In this document: in pieces, positions 58,107 through 64,000 of the stretch
Position numbering within the stretch: position 1 is the stretch's first letter
Layout: each line of letters begins with the position of its first letter
Assembly: GCA_963790475.1 (NCBI GenBank)
Contig: CAWBOS010000010.1
Span: forward strand, 384,001-448,000
Reading direction: 5' to 3'
From: an uncultured delta proteobacterium
Lineage (GTDB): Bacteria > Desulfobacterota > RBG-13-43-22
Length of the DNA stretch: 64,000 nt
The notes under the pieces: model-generated
What the model saw: the letters and a program-made list of their open reading frames with translations, nothing else
What the model was told of the DNA's origin: nothing
Databases searched by the model: none
Position numbers and translations under genes: made by a program

Positions 58107-61100
58107 TCTCTAAATTCTTTATTGAACGGCCTATTCTGGCCAATGTTCTGGCGGTCATTACCATCATCATCGGACTGGTCTGCTACTCCCGATTGCCGAT
58201 AGAGCAGTACCCTCCCATCGTGCCTCCTACCATCCAGGTGAGCGCCCGATATCCCGGTGCCAGCGCTTCAGTTGTGGCCGAGACGATCGGGGTCCCTATC
58301 GAGCAGGCGGTCAACGGTGTGGAGCGGTCGATTTACATGTCTTCCACCAGCAGCGGTGACGGATCCTACACGCTCACCATTACCTTTGATGTGGGGGTTG
58401 ATCTCGACCGGGCCCTGGCCCTGGTGCAGAATCAGGTCAACACGGCCCTGCCGCAGTTGCCCGGTGAGGTAGGGGCACAGGGCGTCAATGTGCGGAAAGT
58501 CTCCACCAACATCCTCATGGTGGTGAGCCTTTACTCCGATGACAACCGGTTTGATGAGGCCTTCCTGTCGAACTACGGCGTTATCAATCTCCAGTATCCC
58601 CTGTCCCGATTGCCTGGCGTGGGTCAGGTACGGGTATTTGGCGCGGGTCCTTACAGTATGCGGGTATGGCTCGATCCGGCACGGCTCCGTAACCTCAACC
58701 TCACTCCCCTTGACGTGCAGAATGCCATCAGGGATCAGAACACGCCACTGGCCGCCGGGCAGCTCGGGGCCCCGCCGGTACCCGCCAATCAGGCTTTTCA
58801 GTTCACCATCAACGGCCTGGGGCGCCTTTCGGACGTAAAGCAGTTTGAAAACATTATCGTGAAGAGTGTCCCCGGAACGGCCCCTCAGAATGTACGCCTT
58901 CGGGACATTGCCAGCCTTGAGCTGGGCCAGCAGTTCTACAGTAACTATGCCAGCGTGGGCGGTCTCGGTTCCGCCCAGGTGGTGGTCTTTGCCTTGCCCG
59001 AGGCCAATGCCCTGGCCGTGGCCGACCGGGTTACCAAGGAAGTCGCCGCCATCAGCAAGGATTTTCCCGGGGGGCTTAAGTATGCCGTCCGCTTCGATAC
59101 CACAAAGTTCGTCCGTGAGGCCGTATCCAAAGTCTATGAGACTCTGGCCGAGGCGGGGATTCTGGTGCTCATCGTCATCCTGATATTTCTCCAGAGCTTT
59201 CGGGCACTCCTGGTTCCGGCCACCACCGTTCCCGTCACCATCATAGGCGCCTCCATCGCCATGGTGGCCCTGGGTTTCAGCATAAATCTTATGACCCTCT
59301 TCGGTCTTGTCCTTTCCATAGGCATCGTGGTGGATGATGCCATCGTTATTGTGGAGAACAGCTCCTATTACATCGAGAAGGGACTGAAACCCAAACCGGC
59401 GACCATCAAGGCCATGTCGGAGCTCCTGAACCCCATTATGGGCATCACTATAGCCCTGGTCGCAGTCTTCCTTCCCGCTGCGTTTCTCCCCGGTGTTACC
59501 GGTCAGATATTCAGGCAGTTCGCCTTGGTCATAGCGGCGACGGCCGTGATCAGCGCCATTAACGCCGTCACCCTTAAGCCAACCCAGTGCGCCCTCTGGC
59601 TCCGACCAAGGCCCCGGAAGAAGATGAACTGGTTCTACCGGGGGTTTAACAGGGCCTATGAGGCGACCAAAAGACCTTACATGGGGCTGGTCCGGGGGAT
59701 GGTGCTTCATTCCGGGTTTATGCTCATCATCTTCCTCCTGATCATCGTCGTTACCGCCTGGGCCTTTGTGCGCCGTCCCACCGGATTTCTCCCCACAGAG
59801 GACCAGGGCTACGCCATTCTCCTCGCTCGCCTGCCCGACGGGACCACCCAGCCGCGTTCGCGGGAGTTGTCAAGAAAGATCGGCGATATTTTACGAAGGT
59901 CCCCGGGTATTTCCGGCTGGGTTACAATTGGAGGGTTTTCCGTGCTCGATGGGGCGAACGTGGTCAACGCCGCTACCACTTTTGTCGTATACAAGGACTG
60001 GAGTCAGCGAGGGTCCGCCCTCAGCCAGGAAAAAATCGTTGGCGGTCTTAACCGGGAGCTCTCTCAAATCCAGGAGGCCCAGGCCTTTGTGGTGATTCCT
60101 CCGCCTGTCAGGGGGCTCGGACAAACTGGCGGTTTTCAAATGATGGTACAGGACCGGAAGGGCCTTGGTATGAAACAGCTCCAGGACGCCGTAGATGAGC
60201 TTGTCCGAATGGGTAACTCCCAGCAGGGCCTTCATGGCCTGGCCTCGACCATCAATGTCCACAGTCCCCAGATATATCTCGACATCGACCGGACCAAGGT
60301 CAGGTCTTTTCAGGTTCAGGTCAATGACGTATTTCAAACCCTAACCGCCTATCTGGGATCTGCCTTTGTCAACCTTTTCAATAAGTACAACCAGATCTAC
60401 CAGGTCTATATCCAGGCCGACGACCGCTCCCGCCTGAACCCGAAGGACATCGGCAACCTGAACGTGAGGAATGGTCTGGGAGAGATGGTACCCCTCGGCT
60501 CGTTTGTCCAGGTGAGGGATACGGAGGGACCGGAGCTGATCACGCGCTACAATCTCTATAACGCGGCGCCAATTTTCGGGGCTGCGGCGCCGGGTTTCAG
60601 TTCCGGACAGGCGCTCACCCGGATGGAAGAACTGGCGGATACCTCTTTGCCACAGGGCATCGGGTATGAGTGGACAACCACGAGCTATCAGGAGAAGCAG
60701 GTAGGATATGAGGCTTACCTAATCTATGCCATTTCCATAATCATGGTTTTCATGGTACTGGCTGCCCTTTTTGAAAGCTGGACTTCCCCCGCCGCCGTCA
60801 TCCTGGCCGTGCCCTTGGCCCTGGTGGGTGTTCTTCTCGCCCTCCTGGTCAGAGGCTACGACAACAACCTCTACACCCAGGTCGGCCTGGTCCTCATGAT
60901 CGCCCTGGCCAGCAAGAATGCCATCCTTATTGTTGAGTTTACCCGTGATCTTCAAAAAGAGGGTCTGTCGCTTACTGAGGCGGCTATTGAGGCCACCAGC
61001 CGTCGGTTTCGGCCCATTATGATGACCTCCTTTGCCTTCATACTGGGGGTAGCTCCCTTGCTTCTGGCGAACGGTGCCGGGGCTGCGAGTCAGCGGGCGA

Positions 61101-61243
61101 TCGGAACGGTCGTCTTCGGAGGGATGCTTTCCTCCACCCTTTTGGCCATCCCCTTTGTTCCTGTCTTCTATGTATTTATCGAATCGATGAGGGAGCGATT
61201 AGGGAGAAACAAGAAGGTGAAGACGGACTCTTCAGAAGCTTGA
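58103..61243 (+). CDS. RND efflux inner-membrane permease (HAE1 type)
   Basis: FFIERP, QYP.IVPP, IGIVVDDAIVIVEN, ASKNAILIVE, RFRPIMMTS. Confidence 0.95.
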   Translation: MISKFFIERPILANVLAVITIIIGLVCYSRLPIEQYPPIVPPTIQVSARYPGASASVVAETIGVPIEQAVNGVERSIYMSSTSSGDGSYTLTITFDVGVDLDRALALVQNQVNTALPQLPGEVGAQGVNVRKVSTNILMVVSLYSDDNRFDEAFLSNYGVINLQYPLSRLPGVGQVRVFGAGPYSMRVWLDPARLRNLNLTPLDVQNAIRDQNTPLAAGQLGAPPVPANQAFQFTINGLGRLSDVKQFENIIVKSVPGTAPQNVRLRDIASLELGQQFYSNYASVGGLGSAQVVVFALPEANALAVADRVTKEVAAISKDFPGGLKYAVRFDTTKFVREAVSKVYETLAEAGILVLIVILIFLQSFRALLVPATTVPVTIIGASIAMVALGFSINLMTLFGLVLSIGIVVDDAIVIVENSSYYIEKGLKPKPATIKAMSELLNPIMGITIALVAVFLPAAFLPGVTGQIFRQFALVIAATAVISAINAVTLKPTQCALWLRPRPRKKMNWFYRGFNRAYEATKRPYMGLVRGMVLHSGFMLIIFLLIIVVTAWAFVRRPTGFLPTEDQGYAILLARLPDGTTQPRSRELSRKIGDILRRSPGISGWVTIGGFSVLDGANVVNAATTFVVYKDWSQRGSALSQEKIVGGLNRELSQIQEAQAFVVIPPPVRGLGQTGGFQMMVQDRKGLGMKQLQDAVDELVRMGNSQQGLHGLASTINVHSPQIYLDIDRTKVRSFQVQVNDVFQTLTAYLGSAFVNLFNKYNQIYQVYIQADDRSRLNPKDIGNLNVRNGLGEMVPLGSFVQVRDTEGPELITRYNLYNAAPIFGAAAPGFSSGQALTRMEELADTSLPQGIGYEWTTTSYQEKQVGYEAYLIYAISIIMVFMVLAALFESWTSPAAVILAVPLALVGVLLALLVRGYDNNLYTQVGLVLMIALASKNAILIVEFTRDLQKEGLSLTEAAIEATSRRFRPIMMTSFAFILGVAPLLLANGAGAASQRAIGTVVFGGMLSSTLLAIPFVPVFYVFIESMRERLGRNKKVKTDSSEA

Positions 61244-61395
61244 GTTCCTATTATAGACTCACTCCCTCTGACCTCTTTTTCCACTGTCAAAGGCTGATTC
61301 CAGGGTTGCTTATTGGGGCCAAGACCGGTCTTGACCCCATTCACAATTAACATAGACTACGATTAAGTTCCTGGCAGTTCTTTTTAACGGTTGAC

Positions 61396-62061
61396 CTATT
61401 TGATTTCCTCCAGCCAGCCTCGGACCGGCCGGTTGGACGCCTGTCTTTCTTCCATCATATTGCGGGCCAGGTCCTCCAAGGCCTGAACCAGCGTATCTGA
61501 GGCCTCTTTCCCGACCAGATTTCCCAGCAATTGATCGAGAACCGGGTATTGGGTTACCATGGGGGTCTCAATCGTTTTCCGCCAGACGGTCCTTCCTCGG
61601 TTGCTCAGTGTTCCAACGACCTTCGCTCGACAGTGGATGAACACCACCCCATGATAGAAGCGATCGTTAAAGTTGTAATTGACCGAATGAACAGAAAAGT
61701 CCGCCAATTTGGGTTCGAGAATCACCTTGTATTTTTTAGCCTCCTCGGGCGTTCGAATGAGATCGACTTTTTGGAAGAACTGGGAAAAGATTTGGAGCGC
61801 AGCCTTCTCGAAGGCCTCTCCTATAGGCAGCTGGTAGGGCTCGATAAAATATACAGGGTACTCGTATGGATACTCAGGAGGAGAGCTCTTGAAGATTTGG
61901 CTCCTGGATTCTTCGCTAATAAGCAAGGCCACTGCCAAAGGAATCGGTTTGCTAATTTCGATCCTCTCCACCTTGGGGGCCATGGCAATTTGATTGGTAT
62001 AGGCGCAACCGCTCACAAAAAGGATCGCTCCAATTATCGACATTATTTTAAAACTTTTCAT
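61396..62061 (-). CDS. Hypothetical lipoprotein
   Basis: MKSFKIMSIIGAILFVSGC lipobox; AGGAGG RBS before ATG 62061. Confidence 0.72.
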   Translation of the reverse strand: MKSFKIMSIIGAILFVSGCAYTNQIAMAPKVERIEISKPIPLAVALLISEESRSQIFKSSPPEYPYEYPVYFIEPYQLPIGEAFEKAALQIFSQFFQKVDLIRTPEEAKKYKVILEPKLADFSVHSVNYNFNDRFYHGVVFIHCRAKVVGTLSNRGRTVWRKTIETPMVTQYPVLDQLLGNLVGKEASDTLVQALEDLARNMMEERQASNRPVRGWLEEIK

Positions 62062-62225
62062 TGCTTCCTCCTTTAATGACCAAAAGAACAATTTAATAAA
62101 AAATATTTTCATAACCAATAGTTAATCTTGGCTCGGATACGGGTTCAGTCTGACGAGAAGTACTTTTCAAAAGCCTGACGTTTGGAATAACAAAATAGGA
62201 AAGGGCTCCCGTTTGTATTTAACAT

Positions 62226-62918
62226 TCATTGATTTGGATCTTTAAATTCCTGCAGGAGTCGGATGACTTCCTGTTCATCTAAATCACTCCATTGTTCATA
62301 GGCATCGGCAACGGCAAAAGAGAGGCCGCTTCTTATATTGGGACAATAAATCGCTTCTACTTCTCCCAGGATTAGTTGTATTGATTCTAAATGGGCGGTG
62401 GGGACTGCCAGGATAATATGGGTGACACCAGCCTGGCGTAAGGCCTTTATAGCGGCACGAAGGGTGATTCCGGAAGCCAGCCCATCGTCCACCAAGATGA
62501 TCGGACGTTTGAAATAAGGTTGGGGTCGATCCCCCCTGAACAACGTCACCCGACGAAGGACCTTTTGCGTTGTCTTTTTAATTCCGATCTGGATTTCCTG
62601 GTCGCTGAGATTCAACCGCGATAAGAGTTCTTCATTCAACAGCACCGTTCCGTCAAAGGCCACGGCGCCATAACCGGCTTCCGAGTTCCAGGGCAGGGTG
62701 ATCTTGCTCACCACGGCAATGTCCAAGGGAAGGGTCAACCCTCGGGCGATCTCTACAGCGACCGCCATTCCTCCGGCCGGAATACCCATCACAATGGCCT
62801 TGCTGCTCCGGTATTCTTCGAGCATGCCGGCCAGCACCTTGCCTGCCGAGGCCCGATCCTGAAATATCCGGACCCGGTTACGGAATTTTGGAAGGTCAAA
62901 GATCTTTGGGTTTTCCAT
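62226..62918 (-). CDS. Phosphoribosyltransferase-family protein
   Basis: F.DR..AG..LA, GIPAGG, PRPP-binding IILVDDGLASG.T, AV..AY..W. Confidence 0.87.
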   Translation of the reverse strand: MENPKIFDLPKFRNRVRIFQDRASAGKVLAGMLEEYRSSKAIVMGIPAGGMAVAVEIARGLTLPLDIAVVSKITLPWNSEAGYGAVAFDGTVLLNEELLSRLNLSDQEIQIGIKKTTQKVLRRVTLFRGDRPQPYFKRPIILVDDGLASGITLRAAIKALRQAGVTHIILAVPTAHLESIQLILGEVEAIYCPNIRSGLSFAVADAYEQWSDLDEQEVIRLLQEFKDPNQ

Positions 62919-63087
62919 CTCTATTTTTCCCCGGCCAGGCCGCCGGAAGGCCTCATCGAAAATCATACCTCGAAAATTATAGAAGCAGATAAACCGACAG
63001 AGGGACTTTTATCTACATAATATAAGAAGACCCAAGATTAATTTCAAGGGTAGATTAAGTGCATCAGCATTTACGGGCCCCACACCC

Positions 63088-63378
63088 TCAACAGCAGGCA
63101 TCTGTCCCGCAGGAAGCCTCTTCCTTCCCTTTGAGCCAGGTTTTAAAGATATAGGCGGCACAACCCACACCCGGGGATAGGTTTATGGCCCCTGTCGGGC
63201 AATTATTCAGGCAGGCGCCGCACTCCATACAGCCGTCATGATCAACGACCCGGACCTTATGGTCATTCATGGCCAAAACCCCGTGAGGGCAAACCAAGGT
63301 ACAGGAACCGCATCCGCTGCAGAGGGATTCATCCAATTTAAGTGTTGAAACACGGGGCAGGTATCTGAATTCTTCCAT
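63088..63378 (-). CDS. hgcB: Mercury methylation ferredoxin HgcB
   Basis: Two CxxCxxCxxxC motifs including CMECGAC, GVGC with Cys73, C-terminal CC; AAGGAG RBS; 12 nt downstream of hgcA. Confidence 0.93.
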   Translation of the reverse strand: MEEFRYLPRVSTLKLDESLCSGCGSCTLVCPHGVLAMNDHKVRVVDHDGCMECGACLNNCPTGAINLSPGVGCAAYIFKTWLKGKEEASCGTDACC

Positions 63379-63390
63379 AAGAAACTCCTT

Positions 63391-64000
63391 TTAAATGAAT
63401 GGATGGATAAAGGCCGAGGCTACCCAAAAAATAAGTCCGAGTACGGCGGCAGCCGATTGCCAAGGGAGGGCCAAACGCATCTCTTTTTCCACTCCCGACG
63501 GGGAAGTATAAGGGGTACAGCCGGTAAAATTCATGGCCAGATAGGAACTAAGAGTGACGATCAACAAGAGTAAAGCTACAGACGACAAAACATCCATGGG
63601 ATTGAGATAGAAAATGATCAGCACCAACCCGAAAAATAAACCGGTTATAGCCCCTTTCGAGGAAAATGCCCGGAAAGGAACCCAGGGCAACAAGGCCGGC
63701 GTGAGAACCGTTCCACTGACTACACCCAGGATAACCGAAACGGCGGCCATAAAACCTCTGTGCCAAAGGCCGGACAAAGAGAAGAAACCGGGACCGATCC
63801 CGGATAAGATATATAGGATCAATAAAACCAGCAGAAGGGGCTTTACGGCCTGGCTGACCTCTACCGGCGTCAGAACCAATCTTTCCGGAAGGGTGAAGGT
63901 CACCAGACGCATGGACTTATCCGCCTGAAAATGAGCGGAGAGGAAGGCCTTGATATCCCGTGCCCGGACAGGTCCCCAGATCACCTCAAACCCGCAGCCC
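63391..64000 (-). CDS. hgcA: Mercury methylation corrinoid protein HgcA, 3' part (5' end outside the window)
   Basis: GFEVIWGPVRARDI..FL, MR.VTF...ER.VL.PVE, LLPWVP.R.FS.KG, SYLAMNFTGCTPYTSPSGVEKEM with TM helices; hgcB follows. The cap-helix motif is not visible here. Confidence 0.9.
   Translation of the reverse strand, partial: GCGFEVIWGPVRARDIKAFLSAHFQADKSMRLVTFTLPERLVLTPVEVSQAVKPLLLVLLILYILSGIGPGFFSLSGLWHRGFMAAVSVILGVVSGTVLTPALLPWVPFRAFSSKGAITGLFFGLVLIIFYLNPMDVLSSVALLLLIVTLSSYLAMNFTGCTPYTSPSGVEKEMRLALPWQSAAAVLGLIFWVASAFIHPFI

Overview
64-kb chromosomal segment of an anaerobic bacterium, most likely Desulfobacterota/deltaproteobacterial (inferred from the protein families and repeat types). 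Left to right: (1) a minus-strand complex I-like operon nuoA-B-C-D-H-I-J-K, two MrpD/NuoL-like antiporter subunits, a small membrane protein and the 5' end of nuoM, with no nuoEFG; (2) ribF, tRNA-Leu(CAG) and an IS200-type element; (3) a small type II FAS/PKS-like cassette (active KS, catalytically dead CLF-like KS, acyl-CoA ligase, ACP) with an MBL hydrolase; (4) radical SAM, acyl-CoA ligase, polyFe-S and methyltransferase genes; (5) an atypical 425-aa GAPDH-like gene, a ~1400-aa PPDK-like phosphotransferase with no pyruvate-binding barrel, and canonical gap; (6) a short archaeal-type thyA, a HI0933 flavoprotein, rlmN and an AbrB/PIN toxin-antitoxin pair whose toxin is frameshifted; (7) an ~11-kb minus-strand run joining oppBCDF to GldA/GldF/GldG-like ABC genes, DUF4340 and a PPIase-like protein with one parvulin domain nested in another, plus two convergent peptide-binding-protein paralogues; (8) metabolic genes and an RND efflux pump; (9) at the right edge the mercury-methylation pair hgcA (partial) and hgcB. 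Intergenic DNA carries many REP/MITE-like palindromes and 7-8-nt tandem repeats. No CRISPR array, rRNA or prophage was seen. All calls come from motif recognition by eye; no database searches were run.
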